Made by a program: the position numbers and the translations under genes | The notes under the pieces: generated by a model | Seen by the model: only the letters and a program-made list of their open reading frames with translations | The model's database searches: none | Told to the model about the DNA's origin: nothing | NCBI GenBank assembly: GCA_965199955.1 | Contig: CBDATQ010000002.1 | Location: 928,001 to 992,000, forward strand | Direction: 5' to 3' | From: Spirochaetia bacterium | GTDB taxonomy: Bacteria > Spirochaetota > Spirochaetia > SZUA-6 > Bin103 | DNA: 64,000 bases | Part shown: one piece after another, positions 29,522 through 39,419 of the stretch | Layout of the letters: every line of letters begins with the position of its first letter | Position numbering within the stretch: the stretch's first letter is position 1

Positions 29522-30958
29522 ATGGAGCCTCGCACGGATCGCACCGACCACACCGATCAGGATCTCGCCCGGAGCATCCGGAGCGGCGACAAGGACGCTT
29601 TCGTCGCGCTGGTCCGGCGCTACGAGCGGCCGTTGAGTGCGCTGGTCCGCGATCGGGTGGGATCGGGCGACGAGGTCGAGGACGTGCTGCAGGAGACGCT
29701 CATGCGGGCGTGGTCGGGGCTGCGGGTGCAGGAGCCGAAGAACGTACGCGCGTGGCTCTACCAGGCGGCTCGGAACTGCTGCAGCGACCACCTCCGTTCA
29801 AGGCAACGGCGGGAGCGGATCGCCGGGCCGGAGGAGCTTGCGCTGACCGTGAACCGCCTGGGGGTCGCAGACGCACGGCGTCGCCGGTCGGCAGAGGATG
29901 TGGTCGACGCGTTGCAGGCAGTGCCGGAGCAGGAGCGGCTGGCGCTGCGTGCCTTCTACCTGGACGGCATGAGCATCGCCGAGATAGCCGCCCGCCATCG
30001 CTGTCCGCCGGGCACGGTCAAGCGCCGGCTGTCCCACGGTCGCGACCGCGTGCGCAGAGAACTGGGCATCACCAAGACGAGGAGGGTTGTTGCGATGAGT
30101 GTCGACGACAGGAGCCCCGCGAAGCTGCCGTTTCCCGAGCGTCGCCCGGAGATCACGGTCTCCAGGAGCACGGGGCAGCCGTTCTCCATCGACCTTCGCG
30201 AGCTGGCGTGGTGGTTCATCGTGCCGGAAATCGGCGAACGGGTGCGCTGGGCCGAATACGAGCAGACCCGCGACGGTTCGGCGCCGAAGTTGACCGAGGT
30301 CAACTCGATGGTGGCCCGCCGCCCGGCGATCGTTCACGGACGGGAGTGCGTGGAGATCGAGGTCGACGAACGGGCGTATGGCGATCGGACGGGGTTGGTC
30401 CCGCTTAATCACTCTCCCGATGACGAGTATCGACGCACCAGGGTCTGGGGCCGGCTGGACGATACCGAGGTGCAGTGGGTGGCGTATGAGTCCACCTGGA
30501 AGGGCGACGGCACGCGAGAACAGACCTTTCTCGACGAGAGCTGGCAGCGCAGCTTCGGCTCGTTCGCTCGCCGGATCGAGGACAAGGGCTACCTGACCGA
30601 GCGGCCGGACGGAACCTTGGAACGGGGTGCGGACGCTCCCGACATGTTCGCGAGCGGCCTGTTCGACATCCGTATCGGCGAACGTGAGTTCGCGTGCATG
30701 CGTGTCTTCGAAATCGAACCGGATGCAACCGAAGCCGACACGCTGGTTCTGGCTTACCTGAGCCGCGAGGGCCGCACGGTCCTGTTCCGGAGATACAACG
30801 GCAACCGGTGGGGCAAGCTGGACCAGCCGCCGCACCGAACGGGCGGTACCGAGATGACCTGGGCCGAGGATCTGCCGCACGCTCATCGGCTGGCGATCGA
30901 CGGCAAGACCTACGTGCACCAGTGGGATTACCTGACCGAGGAAGCCTGCGGACTCTAG
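29522..30958 (+). CDS. ECF sigma factor with long C-terminal extension
   Basis: Region 2 EDVLQET...RAWLYQAARN; region 4 MSIAEIA...GTVKRRLSHGR; about 290 extra residues. Confidence 0.9.
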   Translation: MEPRTDRTDHTDQDLARSIRSGDKDAFVALVRRYERPLSALVRDRVGSGDEVEDVLQETLMRAWSGLRVQEPKNVRAWLYQAARNCCSDHLRSRQRRERIAGPEELALTVNRLGVADARRRRSAEDVVDALQAVPEQERLALRAFYLDGMSIAEIAARHRCPPGTVKRRLSHGRDRVRRELGITKTRRVVAMSVDDRSPAKLPFPERRPEITVSRSTGQPFSIDLRELAWWFIVPEIGERVRWAEYEQTRDGSAPKLTEVNSMVARRPAIVHGRECVEIEVDERAYGDRTGLVPLNHSPDDEYRRTRVWGRLDDTEVQWVAYESTWKGDGTREQTFLDESWQRSFGSFARRIEDKGYLTERPDGTLERGADAPDMFASGLFDIRIGEREFACMRVFEIEPDATEADTLVLAYLSREGRTVLFRRYNGNRWGKLDQPPHRTGGTEMTWAEDLPHAHRLAIDGKTYVHQWDYLTEEACGL

Positions 30959-30983
30959 CGGGCAGCCGAATCGCACGGATGGC

Positions 30984-31184
30984 ATGAACGAGCGAGTCCA
31001 AAGCGTTGTGGCCGGAACCAAGCGTCTCATCCTGGAACGCCTGGGGCTGACCCGCTTCGTGGACGAGATCGTGGTGATGGATGGCGGTAGCGTCGTGGAA
31101 CGCGGCGACCACGCGTCGCTCATGGACGCCGGCGGTCTGTACGCCCGCATGTTCGAGACGCAGGCGCGGCCGTACCTCGACTGA
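30984..31184 (+). pseudogene. C-terminal relic of an ABC exporter ATPase
   Basis: DEIVVMDGGSVVERGDHASLMDAGGLYARMFETQA. Confidence 0.75.
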
Positions 31185-31193
31185 GCCTCGGCT

Positions 31194-32087
31194 TTGTCAG
31201 AGAGTCGCACGATGAACCTCGCAGCACTCACCGGACCGAAGGCGTTCGGCAGGGCATACCGGATCATGCTCGACAACGATCCGCATGGCGCTGCCAGCGT
31301 CGATCGCGAGATCGTGGCGAGCATGATCCGGCTCTGCGACGATACCGCTGGCGACCTCTATGACGGTTACCCTATCCAGTCGGCCGGCTGTGTCGCGGGA
31401 GCTCGTCCGGCGCTGGAGCGCTTCCTTGCCCGGGCGGGGATGTCCGCAGGCGGTCCCGAGCAACGGGTCGCCGCCATCGCGGAGCTGACGCGCGGCCTGG
31501 CTGACAGGAGCCCGGCCGGCGGACTGGCGGCGATGAGGTTCGGAGGCACGGAAGAACAGATCGTCGAACGGGGTTCCGACTGGTGCGCGGACGTGGCACG
31601 GGTCGGGTGTGCGCTGTATCAGGTTGCCGGCTTTCCGTGCCGGATGGTGTATCTGTTCGATCTGCGGGCCGCCTACAGTGGACACGTGATCGTGGAGGTC
31701 GGTCGTTCCGGGAAGTGGGGCGCGGTCGACTCGATGTGTGGCGTCGTCTATCGCACGGGCGACGGCGCGCCCGCGAACACCTGGGAGCTCATGAACGATG
31801 CCGGCCTGGTGGAGCGGCACGCAGGCCCGCAAGCGTGGTACACGAACCCGGAGCAGTTCACGGCGGCCGGGATCGCCAACTACCACGTACGGGATGCGGC
31901 GCGGTACGACTACCCGGTGACCGGCGTGAACAACTACACGCGCGCCGTCCTGTCCATGGCCGACCGCGGGTGGCCGGGCGGCCTTCGCTGGCTGCACGGC
32001 GAATCCGACGGGGCAGCGGTTCGTGGAGCTGGACGCCCTCAACTGGCAGCCGGGTTGGGTCTCGCTTCACGACACCGATCCCGGTGA
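31194..32087 (+). CDS. Transglutaminase-like domain protein (C-terminus probably altered by deletion)
   Basis: Cys-His-Asp pattern DWCADVAR...GHVIVEV...WGAVD. Confidence 0.75.
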   Translation: MSESRTMNLAALTGPKAFGRAYRIMLDNDPHGAASVDREIVASMIRLCDDTAGDLYDGYPIQSAGCVAGARPALERFLARAGMSAGGPEQRVAAIAELTRGLADRSPAGGLAAMRFGGTEEQIVERGSDWCADVARVGCALYQVAGFPCRMVYLFDLRAAYSGHVIVEVGRSGKWGAVDSMCGVVYRTGDGAPANTWELMNDAGLVERHAGPQAWYTNPEQFTAAGIANYHVRDAARYDYPVTGVNNYTRAVLSMADRGWPGGLRWLHGESDGAAVRGAGRPQLAAGLGLASRHRSR

Positions 32088-32553
32088 GCTCGACCGACGG
32101 ATGCGCGAGGCGACCGGCGGGGAGCGATGGGTGGTCGCGGGCTCCTACATGAGCCATTCGCAACGGGCGTTCTGGGACCGCCTGGACGCCGTGATCTGGT
32201 TGGATCTGCCGATGCCGCTCCTGCTCCGGCGGGTGCTGAGGCGCACGTGGCGGCGCTGGCGGTCGCGCGAACTGCTGTGGGGAACGAACTACGAGCGGTT
32301 CTGGCCGCAGCTCCTGGTCTGGAAGAAGCACGAGTCTTTGCTCGCCTGGATCGTCACCCAGCACGCCCGCAAGCGGCGGGGCATGCTGGCGTACCAGTCG
32401 GATCCGCGCTGGTCGCACATCCGCTTCGTGCGGTTGACCTCGGCCCGCGAGGTGGAGGTCTTCGCCGCCGCGGTGGAGCATGCCGTAGGCGCCGAGCCGC
32501 ACGCTGCGGGCGCCCGGAGGGCCGAGCCCGACTCGGCGGGCACCCCCGGCTGA
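32011..32553 (+). pseudogene. Adenylate-kinase-like (FlaR/topology-modulation) gene lacking its P-loop
   Basis: FVELDALNWQPGW...WVVAGSY...VIWLDLP...WGTNYE; Walker A absent. Confidence 0.7.
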
Positions 32554-32559
32554 CCTTCG

Positions 32560-33543
32560 CTACGACTCGACCGGCGGAAGGCGGTAGATCCGGCGGGCCG
32601 TGCCGCTGAACAGGGCGTCCTTGTCGGCCTCGGAGAAGTCGGCGGTCATCAGCTTGAAGGCGTCGTAGAGCACCGCGCAGGAGACCGACGCCTTCTCCAC
32701 CGGGAAGTTGCTCTCGAACATGCAGCGCTCGGGGCCGAAGCAGTCGATGGCGTGCAGGTAGTAGTCGCGCTGCGCCGCCGTGAACTCCTCTGCGGTGACC
32801 GGCTCCGCCCGCTCGTCCCAGCCGAAGCCGTTGTCGAACATGGCCATGCCGCCCAGCTTGGCGGCCATGTTCGGGCAGGCCGCAGCCTCCGCCATGCGCG
32901 CCTTCCACTCCGCGAAGACCTCCGCGCGCCGGCCGCGCCATGGTCCGACGCCGAGCGGCGTGCCGAAGTGGTCAAGGATGATGAGCGTGTCCGGGGCGCT
33001 CCGCGCCAGCGAGATGAACTCGTCCATCTGGTAGTGGAAGTGCCAGCTCTCGTAGGTCAGCCCGCGCCGGCCGAGCAGGCGGACGCCGTCGCGGAACGGC
33101 TCCTCCGCCGCCAGCCCGGCGGGGGCCGGCCCCGGCGTGTTCTCGGTGCCCGCGCGGTGCGTCCCGTGCGCCAGGGAGTAGCGGAACCCTCGCAGACGGC
33201 CGCCGGCCGCCTCGGCATGCGCGTCCAGTACCTCCTCCAGGCGCGGACCCAGCGTCAGGTCGGCGAAGGCGACGATGCCGGCGATCTCCGGGCCGGGTCC
33301 GTGCGCTGACGCGCGCGCCATCGCTTCCACCCACTCGGTCTGGCCGACCGGCCGCAGGTGCTCGGGGCCGCCGCGGCGGTAGTGGGTCCGGCACTCGACG
33401 AACATCGTCTGCACCACGTTGTGGCCGCAGCGCACGTCCGCGTACAGGTCGTCCAGCAGGTAGGGGCCGCGCCCGTCGCCGCTCCACAGGTGGTGGTGCG
33501 GATCGACGATCGGACGCTCGGGGTCGAGGATTTCGGCCATCAT
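32560..33543 (-). CDS. Amidohydrolase_2 family protein
   Basis: VDPHHHLW, ILDHFGTP and RCMFESNFPV. Confidence 0.9.
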   Translation of the reverse strand: MMAEILDPERPIVDPHHHLWSGDGRGPYLLDDLYADVRCGHNVVQTMFVECRTHYRRGGPEHLRPVGQTEWVEAMARASAHGPGPEIAGIVAFADLTLGPRLEEVLDAHAEAAGGRLRGFRYSLAHGTHRAGTENTPGPAPAGLAAEEPFRDGVRLLGRRGLTYESWHFHYQMDEFISLARSAPDTLIILDHFGTPLGVGPWRGRRAEVFAEWKARMAEAAACPNMAAKLGGMAMFDNGFGWDERAEPVTAEEFTAAQRDYYLHAIDCFGPERCMFESNFPVEKASVSCAVLYDAFKLMTADFSEADKDALFSGTARRIYRLPPVES

Positions 33544-34532
33544 TCCGCCTCCGCGTTTGGGTCCAGCGGCCGGCCCGGCAGCGACCGCCGCCCGTGCACG
33601 GCGTCCCAGCGGTTCTGTACGTCCTGCAGGATGCGCATGGTCGGGAGCACGGAGCGGCCCGGCACCGCGGGGGGCCGCCCCTTGGCCAGCGCGGTCACGA
33701 AGTCGACCGTGCAGCGCGCGCAGTTCTCCTGCTCGGTCTTGATGCGCCGCGTGCCGGCGCCCGTGGTCAGGGTGTTCTCCAGGATCTGCAGGCGGTAGGA
33801 GTCGCGGTCGGTGACGATCATGGTGTCGTACAGGCGTTCGCGCGAGTAGTAGGAGCCGGAGCAGAGCAGGCTCTGGTCGGCCTCGGTCTCCACCAGCAGG
33901 ACCACCTCCATCGGGATGCCCGTGCCCGGATCCGGGGCCGGCATGAAGCTCTGCACCGCCCGCACCGGCGAGCCCTCGACCGCCAGCATCCACAGACCCA
34001 GGTCGAGCAGGTGCGTGGTGTGGTGCCACAGCAGGTTGTCGATCCAGCTCCGGCGGTAGCCGGTGGCGCCGACGTTCTTCAGGCGATGGATGAAGAAGCG
34101 GCCGTGGAAGTGGCGGATGTGCTCCTCGCCCGCGGCCAGCCGCTCGCGCAACTCCGCCCGCTCCCTGCGGAAGCGCATCGGGTGGACGACGCCGAGCGGG
34201 AGCCCGCGGCGCTCGGCTGCAAGCACCACGCGCTCGGACTCCGGATAGCTCATCGCGATCGGGATCTCCACGAGGGTCGGCTTGCCGTGCGCCAGACAGC
34301 GCAGCGCCGTCTGCGCGTGCAACTCGCTCGGGTTGCCGACGATGACAGCGTCCACGACGGGATCGGCAAGCGCCTCCTCCAGGTCCACGGTCCAGCGGCG
34401 GTAGCCGTAGCGCGCCGCGAACTCCGCCGTCGGCTCCGGCCGGCGGCCCACCAGGACGTACCGGGACTCAGCGGCGATGGCTTCCGAGTGCCAGACGCCC
34501 ATCATCCCGTGGCCGATCATGCAGAGGTTCAT
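33540..34532 (-). CDS. Gfo/Idh/MocA-family oxidoreductase
   Basis: IGHGMMG, LVEIP and DNLLWHH. Confidence 0.88.
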   Translation of the reverse strand: MNLCMIGHGMMGVWHSEAIAAESRYVLVGRRPEPTAEFAARYGYRRWTVDLEEALADPVVDAVIVGNPSELHAQTALRCLAHGKPTLVEIPIAMSYPESERVVLAAERRGLPLGVVHPMRFRRERAELRERLAAGEEHIRHFHGRFFIHRLKNVGATGYRRSWIDNLLWHHTTHLLDLGLWMLAVEGSPVRAVQSFMPAPDPGTGIPMEVVLLVETEADQSLLCSGSYYSRERLYDTMIVTDRDSYRLQILENTLTTGAGTRRIKTEQENCARCTVDFVTALAKGRPPAVPGRSVLPTMRILQDVQNRWDAVHGRRSLPGRPLDPNAEAE

Positions 34533-34567
34533 CAGGCGGCTCCGGTGGATTCAGGCGAGGCGGCCGC

Positions 34568-35380
34568 TCACGAGCGGCCGGAGTTCCGCGCCAGGGGCTC
34601 GGGGCGGGTCGGGCGGGTGGCGTAGCGCGCGTTCGGGGCTTCCAGGATCGCCATCTTGCGGTCGTCCATGTCCGGATAGTCGCGGAAGTCGTCGGGATCG
34701 AAATAGGCGCCGCTCCACGAGGTCCCGTGCGGGGAGAACTTGTAGAACAGGGTTCGCCGTTCGGCGTCGGCCGTCCACGGCAGCGTGCCGTGGGTGAGCG
34801 CCTCGGTGAACACGATCGCGTCGCCCGGCCGCGCCGGCACGCGCTGCACGCTGGGGTGGATGCCCTTGCTCAGGTCCTGCCACTGTGCCGGCAGCGGGAG
34901 GTTGGCCTTGTGCGTGCCGGGGATGCAGCAGAAGCCGCCGCCGTTCACGTTCGTGTCGTGGAGCTCGAAGGCGACCGCGACCAGGCCGTTGAAGAAGCGG
35001 CCGTCGTGGTAGCGGAAGAACTGGGAGCCGCCCGCGGTCTTCCAGCCGCCGTGCAACATGCCGCCGGGGAATCCCTGCCGCACGTGGGTGTGGACGTTGA
35101 CGTGGTCGATGCGGAACGTCGGCAGGGACGCATCGCCGTCGACGGGGCGTTCGTGGTTGCCGATCAACTCTTCCAGGATCGGGCTCAGCGCCGGCAGGTC
35201 CAGCAGGTCGCGCCACTCCTGAGACCAGTGGAGGGGCCCGGCGGGCCGGCCGGCGGGGTCGAGTTGCTCGGAGGGCACGCGCAGCGTGGCGCGCAGCTCC
35301 TCGATCTGATCGCCGGTGACGGCGTCCGGCACGATGAAGTACCCGAACGCGTCGAACAGGTAGCGTTGTTCTTCGGTCAT
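34568..35380 (-). CDS. PhyH-family dioxygenase
   Basis: MTEEQRYLFDAFGY, GGFCCIPGTHK and GDAIVFTEALTHGT. Confidence 0.88.
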   Translation of the reverse strand: MTEEQRYLFDAFGYFIVPDAVTGDQIEELRATLRVPSEQLDPAGRPAGPLHWSQEWRDLLDLPALSPILEELIGNHERPVDGDASLPTFRIDHVNVHTHVRQGFPGGMLHGGWKTAGGSQFFRYHDGRFFNGLVAVAFELHDTNVNGGGFCCIPGTHKANLPLPAQWQDLSKGIHPSVQRVPARPGDAIVFTEALTHGTLPWTADAERRTLFYKFSPHGTSWSGAYFDPDDFRDYPDMDDRKMAILEAPNARYATRPTRPEPLARNSGRS

Positions 35381-35396
35381 GACGTACGGTCGCATA

Positions 35397-36239
35397 GTGG
35401 AGAATGGCGGACGGAAGGTCTACGTCATCACCGACATGGAGGGGGTGGCGGGGATCAACGGCTGGCACGAGTGCCGGCCCGCGCCGGACGGCCGCGACGC
35501 CGACTTCGAGCGCTCGCGCCGCCTGCTCACCGACGAGGTTGCGGCCGCAGTGCTGGGGGCGCGGGACGGCGGCGCCGGCGACGTGCTGGTGCTCGACGGC
35601 CACCGCAGCGGCGACAACTTCATTGCCGAGCGGCTGCCGGAAGGGGCGCGCTACGTGATGGGCCGTGGCCGTCCCAATCCGCTGGACGGGCTGGATGGGT
35701 CGTTCGACGGGGTGATCCTGCTCGGCTACCACTCCATGGCGGGGACGCCGAACGGCCTGCTCGCCCACACGATGAGCTCGGCGGTCTGGAAGCGCTTCAG
35801 CGTCAACGGCATCACCCTGGGCGAGATCGGCATGATGGCCCTGATCGCCGGCAGCCACGGCGTGCCGGTGCGGCTGGTCACCGGCGGCCGCTGTGCGTGC
35901 GAGGAGGCGGCGGCCCTGCTCGGGCCCGAGTTGCGCACGCTGATCGTGAAGGAGGACATCGCGCACGAGTCGTCGATCACCGTGGCGCCGGCGGAGGCGC
36001 GCCACATGATCCGCAAGGCCGTGGCGGAGGTGGTCGCCGGCCCGCCGTCCGTGCGGCCGTTCGTGATCGAGCCGCCTTGGACGGCCTCCCTTGAGCTCGC
36101 CAGCCGCGAGCTTGCGGACCGGCAGGCGATCCCATCGAGCCTGCGGATTGACGACGTGACCTTCGCGGCCTCGATCGACTCCATCGACGCCCTGCTGCCC
36201 CGCGACTGGGCCACCGCGCGGCCGGCCGCGCCCGAGTGA
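35397..36239 (+). CDS. M55-family (DppA-like) D-aminopeptidase
   Basis: KVYVITDMEGVAG, DGH, GYHS, LAHT and GEIG. Confidence 0.88.
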   Translation: MENGGRKVYVITDMEGVAGINGWHECRPAPDGRDADFERSRRLLTDEVAAAVLGARDGGAGDVLVLDGHRSGDNFIAERLPEGARYVMGRGRPNPLDGLDGSFDGVILLGYHSMAGTPNGLLAHTMSSAVWKRFSVNGITLGEIGMMALIAGSHGVPVRLVTGGRCACEEAAALLGPELRTLIVKEDIAHESSITVAPAEARHMIRKAVAEVVAGPPSVRPFVIEPPWTASLELASRELADRQAIPSSLRIDDVTFAASIDSIDALLPRDWATARPAAPE

Positions 36240-36316
36240 ACGATCGGAAGGTCTTCAGGATCTCGAGCGGCGCTCGACGTTGACGATGTTCGCCGGCGCG
36301 CCTCCAGCACTACGTC

Positions 36317-36841
36317 GTGCACGCCGCCGCCGACCTGCTGGCCTGCCTCGCCGGCCGGCTGTACCGGCCTCACGTGCGCAAGGCGGAGGCGGGCGGCCGC
36401 TTCTACTACGTCGCCACCTTCGACGGCGCCGGCGCCTGCGGCGGCGCGCCGTGCATCGCCGTCCTGGAGGCCTCTAACCACATGCACATTCTGGGCCGCT
36501 GGTGCTGCATCGAGTGGCAGTCGGAGACCGGCATGCTGCATTGCAGCGACTTCGAGCAGGTCACCCTGACCGCCGGCAAGAGCTACGAGGGCAGGGCGGA
36601 GATGCCCGCGCCGTCAACCGGGGGCAGCGCCCCGGGCCAGGACGTGTCCACGGTCTTTCGCTGGGACGCGATGAGCAGTCTGCCGACCGCGGCGACCTCG
36701 CAGTTCGAGCGCTGGGGCTACGCGCCCGAGCTGCGCCTGTTCGCCGCCATCGTGCGCGGCGAGACTCCGCCCGAGTGCACGGTCGCCGACGCCGCCCGCT
36801 CCATGCGCCTAGGCCGGGAGATCTTGGCGATCGGGACCTGA
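36317..36841 (+). pseudogene. Probable C-terminal relic of a Gfo/Idh/MocA oxidoreductase
   Basis: HAAADLL...GYAPELRLFAAIVRGETPPECTVADAARSMRL; no NAD-binding domain. Confidence 0.5.
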
Positions 36842-36868
36842 CACTGTAACGCCGATCGCAGGAACCAT

Positions 36869-39007
36869 ATGAACGAAACCGACAGACCAGGCGCGCCGGC
36901 CCCGCCGGTAGCCGAAGCGCGACCATCGTCCTACACCGCCCATGGCACAATGGTTGATGATCCATATCGCTGGCTCAAGGATGACAACTTCCCGACGGTC
37001 GATGACGCGGCCGTGCTCGCCTATCTGAAAGCGGAAAACGACTATTTCGAAGCGGTCATGGCGCCGCGCCGCGAGCTGGTCGAGACGCTCTACGCGGAAT
37101 TCAAGGCGCGCGAGCAACCGGATGACGCCGACGTGCCGATCAAGGACGGTCCGTTCTACTATCAGGCGCGTTTCGAGGCGGGCGGCCAGTACCGCATCTG
37201 GTCGCGCTGGCCGGCGCAGGACGCCGGCGCGGAGGACGGGCCGCCCGGCGCGGCGCGCGTCATCCTCGACGAGCCCTCGCTGGCCGCGGGCGTCCCTTTT
37301 TTCCAGCTCGGCGCGCTCGCCGTATCCAACGACGCCCGGCTGCTGGCCTACAGCACCGACACGTCGGGCGCCGAGCGCTTCACGCTGCGCGTCAAGGACC
37401 TCGCCACGGGGGAGCTGCTCGGCGACGTCATCGACGACACCCAGGGCCGCATCGTATGGGCCGCGGACGACTCGGTGCTCTTCTACGCCATCGTGGACAG
37501 GCACGGACGGGCGTTTCAGGTGCGCCGGCACGCCATCGGTGAGCCGGCAGCGTCTGACCAGGTTGTCTACGAGGAAGCGGACGCGCGCTTCTTCGTCGGT
37601 ATTTCCGCGACCGCGTCGAAGGACTACGTGGTGATCGACTCAAGCGATCACGAAACCTCCGAGGTGTACCTGGTCCCGGCGGCCGAGCCGTTCCGGGAGC
37701 CGCGCGTCGTCTCGGCGCGCCGCACCGGACACGAGTACCACGTCGATCACCAGGGCGACCGGTTCGTCATCAAGACCAACGACACCCACAAGAATGCCCG
37801 GCTGGTCACCGCGCCTGACGACGATCCCTCCGAGTCCACGTGGCAGACGCTCGTAGCCGGCTCGGACCAGCGCTACATCCGGCACTTCGCCGCCTTCGCG
37901 GACTTCATCGCCGTGCAGGAACGACTGGACGGACTCGATCAGATCCGTCTGATCGACCGGGCCGGAACGAGTTCCCACGTCCGGTTTCCGGAGTCTTCGT
38001 ACAGCGTCGAGATCGGCGCCAACAAGGAGTTCCAGGCACGGACTGTTCGCCTCCACTACACGTCGCTGGTCACACCGAACACCGTGTTCGACTGCGACCT
38101 GGAAACCGGCGCCCTGCGGGAACGCAAGGTGCAACGGATCCCGAGCGGGTACGACCCGTCGTCGTACGTCACCGAGCGCGCCATGGCTCCGGTGCGAGAC
38201 GGCGTGCGCGTACCGGTCTCCATCGTGTACCGCAAGGGAACACCAAGAGACGGGACTGCCCCGCTCTATCTGTACGGATATGGAGCCTACGGCAACGCCG
38301 TGCCGCCGTTCTTCTCGCCGTCACGCCTGTCGCTGCTGAACCGCGGCATGATCTTCGCCATCGCGCACGTGCGCGGCGGCGACGAGCTGGGCCGTCACTG
38401 GTACGAGTCCGGCAAGCTCGCCCGCCGCACCAACACATTCAACGACTTCGTGGACGTCGCCCGACATCTCATCGCCGAGGGCCTCACCGCGCCGGGCCGG
38501 ATCGCGATCTGCGGCCGTAGCGCCGGTGGCGAGCTGGTGGGTGCGGCCGTCAACCAGGCGCCCGGACTGTGGGGAGCGGCCGTCGCGCACGTGCCCTTCG
38601 TGGACGTGCTGAACACCATGCTCGACACGTCGCTGGCGCTGACCCCGAGCGAGTGGTCGGAGTGGGGGAATCCCATCGAGGACAGGGACGCATTCGAGCT
38701 CATACGCTCGTACTCGCCCTACGATCAGCTCAAGCCGGGGCGCTATCCGGCCATGTTCGTGACCGGCAGCCTGCATGACTGGCGGGTGACCTACTGGGAA
38801 CCGGCGAAGTACGTGGCGAAGCTGCGCACGCTCAAGGAGGACGACAACCCGCTCGTGCTGAGAACCAACATGGGCGCCGGTCACAGCGGCGCCTCGGGGC
38901 GCTTCGACTCGCTGTACGAGGTAGCCGACGAGTACGCATTTGTGTTGTGGACGCTGGGCTTGGAGGACGGAGCGGGGGTGTGCGTCAGTTCGAAATCCGG
39001 GCGTTAA
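36869..39007 (+). CDS. ptrB: Oligopeptidase B (S9A)
   Basis: DDPYRWL, YGYGAYG, GRSAGG, VPFVDVLNTMLD, DWRVTYWEPAK and GAGHSG. Confidence 0.93.
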   Translation: MNETDRPGAPAPPVAEARPSSYTAHGTMVDDPYRWLKDDNFPTVDDAAVLAYLKAENDYFEAVMAPRRELVETLYAEFKAREQPDDADVPIKDGPFYYQARFEAGGQYRIWSRWPAQDAGAEDGPPGAARVILDEPSLAAGVPFFQLGALAVSNDARLLAYSTDTSGAERFTLRVKDLATGELLGDVIDDTQGRIVWAADDSVLFYAIVDRHGRAFQVRRHAIGEPAASDQVVYEEADARFFVGISATASKDYVVIDSSDHETSEVYLVPAAEPFREPRVVSARRTGHEYHVDHQGDRFVIKTNDTHKNARLVTAPDDDPSESTWQTLVAGSDQRYIRHFAAFADFIAVQERLDGLDQIRLIDRAGTSSHVRFPESSYSVEIGANKEFQARTVRLHYTSLVTPNTVFDCDLETGALRERKVQRIPSGYDPSSYVTERAMAPVRDGVRVPVSIVYRKGTPRDGTAPLYLYGYGAYGNAVPPFFSPSRLSLLNRGMIFAIAHVRGGDELGRHWYESGKLARRTNTFNDFVDVARHLIAEGLTAPGRIAICGRSAGGELVGAAVNQAPGLWGAAVAHVPFVDVLNTMLDTSLALTPSEWSEWGNPIEDRDAFELIRSYSPYDQLKPGRYPAMFVTGSLHDWRVTYWEPAKYVAKLRTLKEDDNPLVLRTNMGAGHSGASGRFDSLYEVADEYAFVLWTLGLEDGAGVCVSSKSGR

Positions 39008-39059
39008 CCGTGGGTCTTCCACTGGTTCCGTTTGGGCCCCACCGATCGGAGCCGCCGCA

Positions 39060-39373
39060 ACTCCGCGCACGGTGGGGCAGGAGCCTCCGCTCACCGTATT
39101 CGCCGACCGCCTCGAAGTGCACAGACCCGGTTCCCTGCCCAACGGCGTTACGGTAGAGAAGGCCATCAAGGGCCTGCGCGTGCCGCGGAACCCGACATCG
39201 TCAACATCCTGCACGACTACGACTTCATGGAGCACCGTAGCATGGGAGTCCGCCGCAAGGTTATCCCCCTGACCCGTGCCCACAACCGCACCGACCCCGC
39301 AGTCGACGCCACCGAAGACTACTTCAAGGTCACCCTCCGCAAGCAACCAACCCCCGCGTCAGGATCCGGGTAG
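39060..39373 (+). pseudogene. Frameshifted relic of a RecG-C/HATPase-like domain protein
   Basis: VFADRLEVHRPGSLPNGVTVE...RNP / IVNILHDYDFMEHRSMGVR...FKVTL. Confidence 0.7.
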
Positions 39374-39419
39374 CGGCGTACGGGCGGGTCGCGGTACCCT
39401 TCCTCAGGCGGGCGACACC

